A stretch of 64,000 bases of DNA from Escherichia phage a20. The stretch lies in sequence record OQ067374.1; one strand, written 5' to 3'. Positions 1-9,628 of this stretch are shown piece after piece (the stretch's first letter is position 1; the number at the start of each line of letters is the position of its first letter). The notes beneath the pieces are model-generated. The model was not told the origin of the DNA. It was given only the letters and a program-made list of their open reading frames with translations, and did not search any database. A program made the translations under genes and the position numbers.

Positions 1-2178
1 TTTAAGCTTAGGTTCAGCGTATCTGGTTCCTTCCATATCCCACACGTTTAATGCATAACGTTTCTTACCAGTCCAGAATCCACCAATACCTTTAGAACCG
101 AGCGGAGGACCAGCGATAGCTTCTCGGTCCATGAACATCAAATGTTGCTTATTATTCATGTATTCGCACATTTCACGGAAACCTCTATCAATAGCAGGTT
201 CCATACGTTCACGAGCGAACTTATCTAAGAAGTCTACCCAATGGTTGGTATCACGGAATTTAGATTCACCAACCTTATCGATAATTTTATCAGCAGATAC
301 GTAAATAGAGTCTGTATCACCATATAGAACGAAAGCTTCACCTTCTGTACCACAAACTTCATTCAGATATTCATTAACTTTACGTTCAATCCACTGTAAA
401 GCCATTTGACCAAATGTTGTGATTGCAGTAGCATTACGCAAATCATAATAACGGAACCAAACGTTGCCAAGTGCACCATAAAGTGAGTTGATAAGCAATT
501 TACGGTTAATCTGTGCAGTCATACCTGCAACTTCAGTACGTTGAGCTCTAAACAACATTTCATTAAGAGATTTAGCAGACAACTTTTTAATCTTTTCTTT
601 AATCTCATCACTGAAGTCGAAACGATAATCAACATCTAATGGTTCGTCAACAGAAAGATTAGGATTATGCAATGCCTCTTTAATTATTTCACCATTACGT
701 TGAGCTGCAAGCATGTAACCTTTATGTTCTTTACGTTGATTAAAGACCTTAGTGATTTCAGTTGGAACTACACCATCACGGTCTTTATAATACATCATGC
801 CGTTAGGAGAGCAACTGTACACATCTGAAGGACGTTCAGCGATTGCGTTAATATAATCATGCAGTGGAGCTACTTTAAACGTTCCTGCTATTGTTTCCGG
901 GCTAATATTCACTTGGCGAATAATACTTGGATACAGAGATGTAAGGTCGAAACTCATTACATATTTGTATCGATTTGGAATAGGTTCCTTAACAAAAGCG
1001 CCAGGATAAGGTTGAACCGGGTGAGAACGACCTTGTGGAATCACCTTGTTCTGCTCTTTAAGGCTATTAAAAATAATAGCATCCCATGTTTTAATTGGAC
1101 TGAACACAGATTGAATCTGAATTTTAGCATAATAACCCATGTCCAAGCTCAAGTTAATGAACTGGCGTTTAGCATCAATTTGCAATACACGATATACGTC
1201 GATGATGTTATAGCTTATATATCGTTGATGATTACTTTCGCGAAGTTTAGAAATAGGACCGTCATATTTCAGTTTACCAACGTTCAATTCAAATTCTGAA
1301 ATGTAATCCAGAGAATACGACGGTTGATTGGTAAAAGAGAATTTTTTGTAAAGGTCAATGTAATCAAGAACAGAGATACCGAACAATGTAATGATTTCAC
1401 GAGAACCATACATGTTTTCGATAACTTTAACACGAGTTTTACGATGCGGTGATAAACGTTTCGCAGTAGATTCGCCAAAAATATTCTTGATTCGGTTATA
1501 CACATATGGAATATCAAATGACTCAACGTTCCATCCAGTCAAAATGACAGGAGTTTTCTGTTGCCAGAAGTTGAGATATTCCATCAACAATTCTTTTTCG
1601 TTATCGAACGGCATATAAATGATTTTATCGATAATTTCAGATGGAACTTCATCACCGCCTTGTTCTTGAAGCTTAGCAGCGATTTCAATAGACCATTCTT
1701 CTACATTACCATACGGAGAATTCAATAGATCAAATACGTAGAACCTGTCGTCAATTGAGTCATAATGGGTGATAGCATCAATCGGATGTTTTGCTTGTGA
1801 CGGCTCAGGGAACCCATCCGGAGATGTTACTTCGATGTCGAAGTTAGCCACACGAATTTTTGTATGGTCGTATTTGATTTCATAGTTATAAGTGTCAGAC
1901 AAATACGCCAATTTGAAATCGTCCATGCCAAGTGCTTCAAGTCCGATATCTTCCATGCGTTTAATCCATTGGGAGGCATCACGCATATTAGCGAACAACT
2001 TACGAGTACACGGTTTACCGTAGATATCGAAATATTTCGTAGCCTGACTTTCTGGACAATGAGCAAACAGTGATGGTTTATATTCTACTTCACGAGTACG
2101 TTCACGGCCATTAGAATCGATGTAACGTTCAAAAATTGAATCACCAATCTGTTCAACCGTTAAGTAAAATTCTTTCAT
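1..2178 (-). CDS. 43: DNA polymerase gp43, N-terminal part (gene continues beyond window start)
   Basis: Reverse-strand translation from ATG at 2178 reads MKEFYLTVEQIGDSIFERYIDSNGRE, matching T4/RB69 gp43 N-terminus; SD AAGGAAA upstream; partial ORF not in ORF track. Confidence 0.9.
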   Translation of the reverse strand, partial: MKEFYLTVEQIGDSIFERYIDSNGRERTREVEYKPSLFAHCPESQATKYFDIYGKPCTRKLFANMRDASQWIKRMEDIGLEALGMDDFKLAYLSDTYNYEIKYDHTKIRVANFDIEVTSPDGFPEPSQAKHPIDAITHYDSIDDRFYVFDLLNSPYGNVEEWSIEIAAKLQEQGGDEVPSEIIDKIIYMPFDNEKELLMEYLNFWQQKTPVILTGWNVESFDIPYVYNRIKNIFGESTAKRLSPHRKTRVKVIENMYGSREIITLFGISVLDYIDLYKKFSFTNQPSYSLDYISEFELNVGKLKYDGPISKLRESNHQRYISYNIIDVYRVLQIDAKRQFINLSLDMGYYAKIQIQSVFSPIKTWDAIIFNSLKEQNKVIPQGRSHPVQPYPGAFVKEPIPNRYKYVMSFDLTSLYPSIIRQVNISPETIAGTFKVAPLHDYINAIAERPSDVYSCSPNGMMYYKDRDGVVPTEITKVFNQRKEHKGYMLAAQRNGEIIKEALHNPNLSVDEPLDVDYRFDFSDEIKEKIKKLSAKSLNEMLFRAQRTEVAGMTAQINRKLLINSLYGALGNVWFRYYDLRNATAITTFGQMALQWIERKVNEYLNEVCGTEGEAFVLYGDTDSIYVSADKIIDKVGESKFRDTNHWVDFLDKFARERMEPAIDRGFREMCEYMNNKQHLMFMDREAIAGPPLGSKGIGGFWTGKKRYALNVWDMEGTRYAEPKLK

Positions 2179-2206
2179 TTAATTTCCTTTAGACGAGTTA
2201 TTGTCT
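2179..2206 (-). promoter_or_regulatory. Candidate gp43 translational operator: AGAC/GUCU stem with AAUAACUC loop next to SD
   Basis: Minus-strand RNA AGAC-AAUAACUC-GUCU then AAAGGAAAUUAA-AUG; loop resembles remembered T4 gene 43 operator. Confidence 0.4.
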
Positions 2207-2236
2207 TTTGTTTGTTGATGAACTTATTATACTCCA

Positions 2237-2256
2237 AATGGGACCGAAGTCCCATT
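2237..2256 (-). other. RNA hairpin AAUGGGAC-UUCG-GUCCCAUU immediately 3' of regA stop
   Basis: Perfect 8-bp inverted repeat with UUCG tetraloop on minus strand; no U-tract follows. Confidence 0.5.
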
Positions 2257-2259
2257 GCT

Positions 2260-2628
2260 TTAATTACCAATTGTATATTTTGCTTTCAAAGTCCAGTCAT
2301 CTTTCTGTTTAAAAGAGATAACACGAAAGTTATTAGTCAGGCCAAACAGATCTTCACGAGCAGAGTCTTCAATAACAATCAAGCCCCAGTCTTCAAGCAA
2401 CTGGGCAATCGAATCACGTCGCTGATAGTCTTCACCGTCAATATCAACCTGACGTCCATCCATACGCAACATTTCTTTAAAGTGGACGATGTAATATTTA
2501 CCTTGCTTTTGGAGTATATGACAGGACTGATAAAGGACTTTATCCTTGTTATTAGCGATGCCCATACGGGTCAAAGTCTCTTTGACTTTCAGAAAATCTT
2601 CAGGGTTCTTCAATTTAATTTCGATCAT
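2260..2628 (-). CDS. regA: Translational repressor RegA
   Basis: MIEIKLKNPEDFLKVKETLTRMGIANNKDKVLYQSCHILQ matches T4 RegA; start taken at internal ATG 2628. Confidence 0.9.
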   Translation of the reverse strand: MIEIKLKNPEDFLKVKETLTRMGIANNKDKVLYQSCHILQKQGKYYIVHFKEMLRMDGRQVDIDGEDYQRRDSIAQLLEDWGLIVIEDSAREDLFGLTNNFRVISFKQKDDWTLKAKYTIGN

Positions 2629-2630
2629 TT

Positions 2631-3194
2631 TTACCATTCCAATGCTAATTTTTTAAATTGTTTTTGTTCTTTCACATTTTTTGTAACTTCTTTGAGAAAC
2701 TCATCAGTGACCATGGCCTTCAGTTCTTTAAGGACTATTGGCAACTTGTTATTTTTTTCAAGGAGCCGCTTATACTCGGTAGCATCATTCATGTTGATTG
2801 TGTAATGTTTCATCAACAGTTTGATAACTAGTAACTCTGAAGTGTCTTCAACTAGTTTAGCCCATTTAGAGAATCGACGACCACGCGGAATTGCCGCCAT
2901 CATATAGTTGAAGTGTGCTTCATCACTTAATTCAGAACCGACTAAGTTCATCATGTAAACAGCTGGCATACATTCCGGGAACTGGGATAATGAGTTCTCA
3001 ACCATAAATTTTGAGTAGTCGACCTGAGCAATTGACATAGATTTCTTTTCATTAATAGCATTAATGATTTTAAAGAATTCATTCTCAGGTTTTTCTTTAA
3101 ACATATCAGCACATTTTTGAATCGCATCAGCGTCATTAGACTTCCATGCAATTTGGTGCTCGTTAAGCCGGACGTCATCATCGAATAAGTTCAT
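2631..3194 (-). CDS. 62: Clamp loader small subunit gp62
   Basis: 187 aa, [17 protein letters not shown]...[16 protein letters not shown] matches T4 gp62. Confidence 0.9.
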   Translation of the reverse strand: MNLFDDDVRLNEHQIAWKSNDADAIQKCADMFKEKPENEFFKIINAINEKKSMSIAQVDYSKFMVENSLSQFPECMPAVYMMNLVGSELSDEAHFNYMMAAIPRGRRFSKWAKLVEDTSELLVIKLLMKHYTINMNDATEYKRLLEKNNKLPIVLKELKAMVTDEFLKEVTKNVKEQKQFKKLALEW

Positions 3195-3195
3195 A

Positions 3196-4158
3196 TTATT
3201 TCCAAGTCAGTTCACAAGTCAATTGAAGAAGCATATACATAACATGTAATTCAATATTACTAGCTAGTCCATGAAACTTATTATTTTCGCCTGCAATTTC
3301 GTAAAGCGAAATAATACTTTTACCAGGTGCAACTTGGTCATAACATTCTGAAACTAATTTATCGATGAACCATGAATAATCTGCAGCATATTTTGGAGCT
3401 AATGCACGAAGTTGTTTGATATCTTTGTTCTTCATTGCTTCGATAACATCAGAGACTGTGCCACGGTCATTAGTTACGATAGACAGAATACCTGCATCGA
3501 GAACACCTTTAGACGAGTACTGGTCTAATTGTCCAATTGTACGACGAAAGTCCGGGAAGTTCTTTTTAACCAGAGCTGCAACAACTTTCATATCAGCGAT
3601 TTCGATATTTTCGTTCTTACAGATTTCAACCATACGATGAATCATTTTCTTCATCATCGAGATTTTATCTTCTTCGGTTGGACGTCCGAATTCGATAACT
3701 CGACAACGACTACGTAATGGTTCAATAATTCCATCGATGTTGTTAGCAGTAATAATAATAGAACAGTTACTAGAGAATTCTTCCATGAATGTACGAAGGT
3801 GCCGTTGTGATTCAGCAAGGCCACTACGGTCAAATTCATCGATAACGATAACTTTCGGCTTGCCTTCCATTGAGACTGAACGAGCGAATGCAGTTAACGG
3901 ACCACGCACAAAATCAATCTTACAATCAGAACCGTTGACGAACATCATTTCAGCGTTGATATCGTTACATAATGCTTTTGCTACGGTTGTTTTACCTGTA
4001 CCAGGAGAAGGAGAGTGCAAAATAATATGAGGAAGTTTTCCTTTAGATACTAAAGACTTGAATGTTTCATGGTCATACGCAGGCAGAATACATTCGTCAA
4101 TGGAAGAAGGACGATATTTCTGTTCTAGAATGTGTTCTTTGGAATTGATAGTAATCAT
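3196..4158 (-). CDS. 44: Clamp loader large subunit gp44 (AAA+ ATPase)
   Basis: 320 aa, Walker [11 protein letters not shown], Walker [10 protein letters not shown]4 gp44-like. Confidence 0.92.
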   Translation of the reverse strand: MITINSKEHILEQKYRPSSIDECILPAYDHETFKSLVSKGKLPHIILHSPSPGTGKTTVAKALCNDINAEMMFVNGSDCKIDFVRGPLTAFARSVSMEGKPKVIVIDEFDRSGLAESQRHLRTFMEEFSSNCSIIITANNIDGIIEPLRSRCRVIEFGRPTEEDKISMMKKMIHRMVEICKNENIEIADMKVVAALVKKNFPDFRRTIGQLDQYSSKGVLDAGILSIVTNDRGTVSDVIEAMKNKDIKQLRALAPKYAADYSWFIDKLVSECYDQVAPGKSIISLYEIAGENNKFHGLASNIELHVMYMLLQLTCELTWK

Positions 4159-4183
4159 GTAATTTTCCTCATTATCATTAAAC

Positions 4184-4201
4184 TGGAGGATTTCTCCTCC
4201 A
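4184..4201 (-). other. RNA hairpin UGGAGGA-GAAA-UCCUCCA in 45/44 intergenic region
   Basis: Perfect 7-bp inverted repeat with GNRA-type loop upstream of gene 44 SD. Confidence 0.45.
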
Positions 4202-4233
4202 TAATCGTACTACATTAAACGTAAAGCTTTGAC

Positions 4234-4920
4234 TTAGAAGTCGTGAGTAGAATCGGCTTCCATCGCAATAACATAACTTACTTGAGAGCTTTCAAACTTG
4301 GCTGCAACTTTATCACCAGCTCCCCACAACATTACTTTATAGTTACCTGGCTGGATTTTCATATTAGCCATATTGATTACGAAGTTAAAGTTGTTAGAAC
4401 CATCATAATCGGTAAGAGTCAAAGAATACTTAGGACGAGTTAGTCCAGAATCTTCAACTTTATTATAGCCGTTGATAACAATTTTACCATCTTTATTTGT
4501 AATAGCAATTGTATCAATCTGAAGACCACGTGAAACTCGAAGCAATTGTTGAAGGTCTTCGGCTTTAATTTCAGTAATCACAGAAGCCACTGGGAATTGA
4601 ATTGGCTTATTAGGAAAAACAATGGTGCTCTTGTCAGCGGCAGGCCAATAAACTGTGGAACGTGTGTCTGCAATTTTAATATTGCCATCAGTGTGCATTG
4701 AAATTTCAGCATCATCAGACACTAGACTCAAAATGCTTAAGAAGCTATTCAAATCATAAAGTGCTACGTCAAAATCAATTTCATCGGAGATATTTGCTTC
4801 CGCATAAGTGGTGCCATTAACTGCACGAGTCATAATAAATTTACCTTGACTCAGCAGAATGCCGGAGTTAATAGAGGCAAAGTTTTTCAGAATAGCGATA
4901 GTATCTTTAGACAGTTTCAT
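4234..4920 (-). CDS. 45: Sliding clamp gp45
   Basis: MKLSKDTIAILKNFASINSGILL...EADSTHDF matches T4 gp45; start at internal ATG 4920 (228 aa). Confidence 0.92.
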   Translation of the reverse strand: MKLSKDTIAILKNFASINSGILLSQGKFIMTRAVNGTTYAEANISDEIDFDVALYDLNSFLSILSLVSDDAEISMHTDGNIKIADTRSTVYWPAADKSTIVFPNKPIQFPVASVITEIKAEDLQQLLRVSRGLQIDTIAITNKDGKIVINGYNKVEDSGLTRPKYSLTLTDYDGSNNFNFVINMANMKIQPGNYKVMLWGAGDKVAAKFESSQVSYVIAMEADSTHDF

Positions 4921-4962
4921 TTTATTTCCTTTCAAGACAATTCAAAGTTTATAACAAATTTA

Positions 4963-5379
4963 TTATGCAGCAACCATCTGCTTTTTAATAGCTTCAGGCA
5001 GTGATTCAATATATTCTGGAATTTTAGAAGCAACAATTTCGCCAGCTGCAATTAGTTGTTCGTCGGCATCAACACAATAGAAATCTTCCAGACGCTCAGA
5101 ACCGTCTTTATCAAGAACGATTTTTCCGCCAGCTTCAATAGAATCTTTATAGTGCTTACGCATCAGATGAATCCACATATCAGATACATCGTTATCAATA
5201 AAACCATAAATCATAAAACGAGTTTCTTGTGGCAAAGATTGGAGTTTTTTAGCACTTGCGTCATCACAATGCAGGACCCATGCTTTACGAACACGATTAT
5301 GGTTATGTGGGTTAGCGTCAGTACGGATAGAAGTAACTTTCAGATCAGCAGCAGTGAAACCTTTAGCAGTAGTAAACAT
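4963..5379 (-). CDS. rpbA: RNA polymerase binding protein RpbA-like (by position and size)
   Basis: 138-aa ORF directly downstream of gene 45 as in T4; sequence not independently recognised. Confidence 0.5.
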   Translation of the reverse strand: MFTTAKGFTAADLKVTSIRTDANPHNHNRVRKAWVLHCDDASAKKLQSLPQETRFMIYGFIDNDVSDMWIHLMRKHYKDSIEAGGKIVLDKDGSERLEDFYCVDADEQLIAAGEIVASKIPEYIESLPEAIKKQMVAA

Positions 5380-5391
5380 ATTATTTCTCTC

Positions 5392-5583
5392 TTATTCGTA
5401 GAAGTCGGTAACTGTCCATGCGGAATTGCGATTAGACATTATTTTATTATACTCATCTTTAAAAGCAGATTTGAGCATTTGTTCAGTAACAATATGTTCT
5501 TCACCTGAAAACGTATTGGTCAAAACATATCTTTTAATTTCAGGGACAACGAGAAGATGTTGTCCGGTTGAATACTCCGCCAT
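5392..5583 (-). CDS. Hypothetical protein (45.2-like)
   Basis: 63-aa ORF in T4 45.2 position. Confidence 0.55.
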   Translation of the reverse strand: MAEYSTGQHLLVVPEIKRYVLTNTFSGEEHIVTEQMLKSAFKDEYNKIMSNRNSAWTVTDFYE

Positions 5584-5607
5584 TATAAATCTCCGTGATT
5601 AAAGCAA

Positions 5608-5615
5608 TATAAATA
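5608..5615 (+). promoter_or_regulatory. T4 late-promoter-like TATAAATA box upstream of HNH gene
   Basis: Exact TATAAATA 45 nt upstream of ATG 5661; SD AAGGA precedes the ATG. Confidence 0.4.
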
Positions 5616-5660
5616 GGTTTATCAATTTATCTGTTGCTGTATCAAATAAGGATTTAGTAA

Positions 5661-6377
5661 ATGAATTATAACTCAATATACGAAAAGCTTATCACCAATG
5701 CTAAATCAAGAAGTTTAGATGGTTATACAGAACGTCATCACATTATACCACAATGTTTAGGTGGAAGTGATGATGCTTTAAACTTAGTAGACTTAACACC
5801 GGAAGAACATTATTTGGCACATCAACTGTTGGTAAAAATCCATCCAGATAATGCCTCTTTAATATATGCCGCTCGTATGATGACCATATCATCTCCTAAA
5901 GCAGATAGAAGCAAAAACAAATTATTTGGATGGCTTCGACGTAAGAATCAAGAAGTTCAAAAGAATAAAGAATTCACTGCTGAAACCCGTAAGAAAATGT
6001 CCGAGTCTGCAAAAAATAAACCAAAGATTACCTGTCCACATTGTGGTTTAACTGGAACTGAAGGAAACATGCGACGTTGGCATTTTGATAATTGTAAACA
6101 AGGTCCAACGCCTAAAATAGTAAAACTTGATCAAGAAACAAAAGATAAAATAATTAAAACCATGGCCACGAAAATTTGGAAAGAAGATTCTTGCCCGTTT
6201 TGTGGCTTAACTACTAAGTTATCGGCGTTAAAGCCACATATAAAATTCTGTAAATCAAATCCTAACAGAAAGAAAAAAGAGGACAAGAAAATTAAATGTC
6301 CTCATTGCGATAAAATAGGGATCCCTGCTAATATGCATCGTTGGCATTTCGATAATTGTAAATATAAGCCTCATTAA
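5661..6377 (+). CDS. HNH homing endonuclease with three C-terminal zinc-finger-like repeats
   Basis: N-terminal HHIIPQCLGGSDDALNLVDLTPEEHYLAH (HNH motif); repeats CPHCG..RRWHFDNCK, CPFCG..HIKFCK, CPHCD..HRWHFDNCK. Confidence 0.85.
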   Translation: MNYNSIYEKLITNAKSRSLDGYTERHHIIPQCLGGSDDALNLVDLTPEEHYLAHQLLVKIHPDNASLIYAARMMTISSPKADRSKNKLFGWLRRKNQEVQKNKEFTAETRKKMSESAKNKPKITCPHCGLTGTEGNMRRWHFDNCKQGPTPKIVKLDQETKDKIIKTMATKIWKEDSCPFCGLTTKLSALKPHIKFCKSNPNRKKKEDKKIKCPHCDKIGIPANMHRWHFDNCKYKPH

Positions 6378-8062
6378 GAGGCTTTCATTACAGTAAATCG
6401 TCCAACTTTGCTCATTTGAAGATGTTGTCCATAAGCTTGTGGGTCATGGTCTCTGTGACTAATTATAAACACGTTTGCATCGGTTAGAGAGTTAAGAATT
6501 GTTGAAATAGCTTTAATACCTTCAGAATCAGTCGCGGAATCCATGACTTCGTCCATAATTAATGTATTGATTCTAACGCCAGAGACCTTTTCAGCGATAT
6601 CTCGCCATGTAAACAACAATGCGATATCGATACGTGCCTTTTCACCTTGACTAAACGAAGCATAACTGAATTCTTCACGTCCACGTGATTTTATAGATTC
6701 ATTGAATTCTTCGTCAATAGAAAACACATAATCAGCTTCCATGATTTTAAGATAATGGTTAATCTGCTTGTTGAACAGAGGCACATATTTTTTAATGATA
6801 GCACCTTTAATACCAGAATCTTTTAACATATCTGTGATAATACCGCGATGGTATTTTTCAAGAACGATATCCGATTTTGTTTTAATGATTTTATCAAGTT
6901 CTTTTTGAAGCAAAGCTATCTCATCGGCATGGTCGATAAATTCCGCCGAGGCTTGTTCTATTGCAGCTTTAACTTTCTTAGCTTTATCAATAGTGGCAAT
7001 CATTGCTTGTTTCTTGGTACGAATATCAGATGCAAGGTCCTGTTTAGTCTTAACATTAGCTCTATATTCGTCCACTAGGACACTCAGATTATCTCTGTGA
7101 CATGTAAGTTGCTCGAATGAGTGATTACATTCGTGAAGCTTATCGGTAATCTTAGAGACAATAGGATCACCCTGGTGCAACTGTGATGCACAAGTAGGAC
7201 ATGTACCGCCATCATGATACATCTTAATAACTTTGTTATATGAGTCAATTTTAGATTTAATCAAGAATGCTTCTTGTCCTATCTTGTTGAATGCCTCAGT
7301 AGGGTCTTCGTCAAGAACGATATTAAGTAGACGCTCGTTAGCTTCTTCGATTTCTGCTTTTAATGAACGAGCTTCTTTGGCTAGGTCGTCATACATATTC
7401 TGTAGACGCGCTACATTATCACCAGATAATTTCTTTTGGCGTTCGATATTCTCGTTATAAATCTTAATTTGTTGGATAACACCATCTTTCTTGGCATCGA
7501 GAACTTGTCCCTGGGAATTAAGTTCTCGAACTTGAGACTTATTGATTTTATCCATTTCAGCGAGTGTGCCGACTTCTAAAAGGTCTTCGACAAGTTTTCT
7601 ACGAGCAGGGGTGCTAAGAGCCATGAAAGGGGTATACCCTGCCGTCCCAAGCACAACGATTTGTTTAAAAGACGCGTATGACATTCCGATGCTACGTTCA
7701 AATTCTTCTTGGAAGTCACGACTGCTGGCAGATTCATCAAGACGAACACCGTCAACGGAGATTTCGAAAATATTGGGCTTTTGGCCACGTCTAATGAAGT
7801 ATTTTTTATCATCGAATTCCATCCAAAGCTCAACTAAGAGCTCTTTCTTGTTCGTGCTATTAATGATTTGTCCTTTCTTAACATCACGAAATGGTTTACC
7901 GAAAAGTCCGAAAGTAATGGCTTCTAACATCGTAGATTTACCACCGCCATTTTTACCAGTGATTAATGTCTTTTGGACTTTATCTAATTGGATATCAATA
8001 GGATTCCCACCTACCGACATGATGTTTTGATAACGAACACGATTTAATTTAAATGATTTCAT
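6374..8062 (-). CDS. 46: Recombination endonuclease subunit gp46 (Rad50/SbcC-like)
   Basis: 562 aa, Walker A GKNGGGKSTMLEAI, coiled-coil middle, zinc hook CPTC, T4 gp46-like. Confidence 0.92.
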   Translation of the reverse strand: MKSFKLNRVRYQNIMSVGGNPIDIQLDKVQKTLITGKNGGGKSTMLEAITFGLFGKPFRDVKKGQIINSTNKKELLVELWMEFDDKKYFIRRGQKPNIFEISVDGVRLDESASSRDFQEEFERSIGMSYASFKQIVVLGTAGYTPFMALSTPARRKLVEDLLEVGTLAEMDKINKSQVRELNSQGQVLDAKKDGVIQQIKIYNENIERQKKLSGDNVARLQNMYDDLAKEARSLKAEIEEANERLLNIVLDEDPTEAFNKIGQEAFLIKSKIDSYNKVIKMYHDGGTCPTCASQLHQGDPIVSKITDKLHECNHSFEQLTCHRDNLSVLVDEYRANVKTKQDLASDIRTKKQAMIATIDKAKKVKAAIEQASAEFIDHADEIALLQKELDKIIKTKSDIVLEKYHRGIITDMLKDSGIKGAIIKKYVPLFNKQINHYLKIMEADYVFSIDEEFNESIKSRGREEFSYASFSQGEKARIDIALLFTWRDIAEKVSGVRINTLIMDEVMDSATDSEGIKAISTILNSLTDANVFIISHRDHDPQAYGQHLQMSKVGRFTVMKAS

Positions 8063-8313
8063 ATGTATTCTCTTCGAATGAAGTCCTCTACATATTTTAA
8101 CATGTCATCCCTATCAGCAAAATATTCATCTAGTTCTGCATACATAACAACACCTGGTGCGTACTCACAGGTAACATACATTGTTCCAAAGAAACGAGGA
8201 GTTGATTCCTCGTAATTCTCAGTCCATTCAACGATACCAATATAACCGTCACCAATACTAAATTCATGACGATGGATTTCATAATCAGTCTTCGTCATTA
8301 TACGCATCCTCAA
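8059..8313 (-). CDS. Hypothetical protein (46.1 position)
   Basis: 84-aa ORF overlapping gene 46 start by 4 nt. Confidence 0.6.
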   Translation of the reverse strand: MRMRIMTKTDYEIHRHEFSIGDGYIGIVEWTENYEESTPRFFGTMYVTCEYAPGVVMYAELDEYFADRDDMLKYVEDFIRREYI

Positions 8314-8542
8314 TACACGCTTCAGCCATTTTAAGAATAGAGCCAGGAGTATCGTTGTCCATTATATTAAAGCTAAATTCAATAGCCCAGTCGGTGCAGA
8401 CATGAACTGCTTTAACTTCATTGCCTTCAACGCGTAATGGCTCAATCCAATACTTGATAGTGTTCTCGAATCCATCATCATCTTTAACGTCCATTTCAAC
8501 TTCAAGCCTGAGTCCAGCATTGTTAAATTCATCTAAAGTCAT
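8285..8542 (-). CDS. Hypothetical protein (46.2 position)
   Basis: 85-aa acidic ORF between 47 and 46. Confidence 0.6.
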   Translation of the reverse strand: MTLDEFNNAGLRLEVEMDVKDDDGFENTIKYWIEPLRVEGNEVKAVHVCTDWAIEFSFNIMDNDTPGSILKMAEACIEDAYNDED

Positions 8543-9558
8543 TGTGTTGCCTCAATATAAAGTTCGTTGGAATATTTGACCAGCGCTTCTCTGTCTTCGT
8601 CTGAGATATCTGGAATCGCGTCAATATATTCTTTAATGATATCTTGAAGTGATTTAATCTCGATTTCCTGGTCGTCATCAGATTCAACACTGTTATCAAC
8701 TTTAGAAACCATACGAAGAGAGTGAACTACTTTTTCAAGTTCAGATTCAAACTTAGTCAACTCTGAATCAATTTCTGATACTATAACACGTACAGCTAGA
8801 TTAGTATAATCAGAATAATTGATTTTGCCTTTAAACGGATAAGTGATTCGTCGATGCCATGTTGTTTCATTAGGAATAAATTCCATACGTTCAACATCAG
8901 TGTCAAATACCCAGAATCCGCGCGGGTCGTTCTCATCACCTGCAGTAAGGGTCCATGGTGTCCCAATATATTTGACGTTAGCAGCTTCAGAGATTGTGTG
9001 GAAGTGGCCAGACCAGACTTGTTTATAAGTCTTTAAGAAATCAGGTTCAAGCCCATGAGACTTCATCCCTTTATAGAAATAAAAGCCATTCAGTTCCCAG
9101 TGCCCAACACAATACGCTGCAGAAGAAGTCTTGATGTGCTCTAAGATTTCACCTGTATTTTCTTCACACATCCATGGAACGATATCAATCAGACATCCGT
9201 CAAAATCTACAGTAGTTGGATGCTCGTAAATAGTAAAGTTTTCAAATTGAGTTAACAATTCAGAAACAGTGTTAGGTGTTATTGTATTCTTAAACGCCAT
9301 GTCATGGTTTCCTATCGTGACATGAACGTGAATGCCTGCTTTAGAAATCATATCAACGATTTCACGATTGAATTCCATTGTACGATGTGTTATTGCTTTA
9401 CGGACGTCGAACCAATCACCGTACTGAATCCAAGTTTTAATCCCGTGTTTCTTAGAGTATTCAATTGCTTGACGAATACCATCACGTTGAATATCTTGAA
9501 CCCATGGGTCGTCTTGTTTGACTCCGATATGGAAGTCGCCTAAGTGCAAAATTTTCAT
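8539..9558 (-). CDS. 47: Recombination endonuclease subunit gp47 (Mre11/SbcD-like)
   Basis: 339 aa, MKILHLGDFHIG phosphoesterase motif I, GNHD motif, T4 gp47-like. Confidence 0.92.
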   Translation of the reverse strand: MKILHLGDFHIGVKQDDPWVQDIQRDGIRQAIEYSKKHGIKTWIQYGDWFDVRKAITHRTMEFNREIVDMISKAGIHVHVTIGNHDMAFKNTITPNTVSELLTQFENFTIYEHPTTVDFDGCLIDIVPWMCEENTGEILEHIKTSSAAYCVGHWELNGFYFYKGMKSHGLEPDFLKTYKQVWSGHFHTISEAANVKYIGTPWTLTAGDENDPRGFWVFDTDVERMEFIPNETTWHRRITYPFKGKINYSDYTNLAVRVIVSEIDSELTKFESELEKVVHSLRMVSKVDNSVESDDDQEIEIKSLQDIIKEYIDAIPDISDEDREALVKYSNELYIEATQ

Positions 9559-9581
9559 ATTATTTCCTCATTAGTTAATTC

Positions 9582-9605
9582 ATTTTATCATCCGTTTATA
9601 AAGCA
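9582..9605 (-). promoter_or_regulatory. Middle-promoter-like element (MotA-box TGCTTTA, 11 nt, TAAAAT)
   Basis: Minus-strand TTTTGCTTTAtaaacggatgaTAAAAT upstream of gene 47. Confidence 0.3.
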
Positions 9606-9628
9606 AAAAAGGAACTCCGAAGAGTTCC
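9603..9628 (-). terminator. Rho-independent terminator (GGAACUC-UUCG-GAGUUCC, then U6)
   Basis: Perfect 7-bp stem, UUCG loop, followed by UUUUUU on minus strand. Confidence 0.6.

Larger units (their letters stand above)
5584..6377 (+). mobile_element. Free-standing homing endonuclease gene cassette inserted between 45.2 and 46
   Basis: Only plus-strand gene within 45 kb of minus-strand genes; HNH ORF with own promoter; convergent 4-nt overlap with gene 46 stop. Confidence 0.6.

Noticed and set aside
859-2073. Plus-strand ORFs of 69-146 aa (859-1299, 1391-1618, 1864-2073) inside the gene 43 region
   Set aside because: They lie antisense to the uninterrupted gp43 reading frame, have low-complexity composition and no SD; treated as chance antisense ORFs.
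6848-8030. Plus-strand ORFs (6848-7078, 7233-7460, 7542-8030) inside gene 46
   Set aside because: Antisense to a well-supported 562-aa Rad50-like gene; Ser/Leu-rich translation typical of antisense frames.
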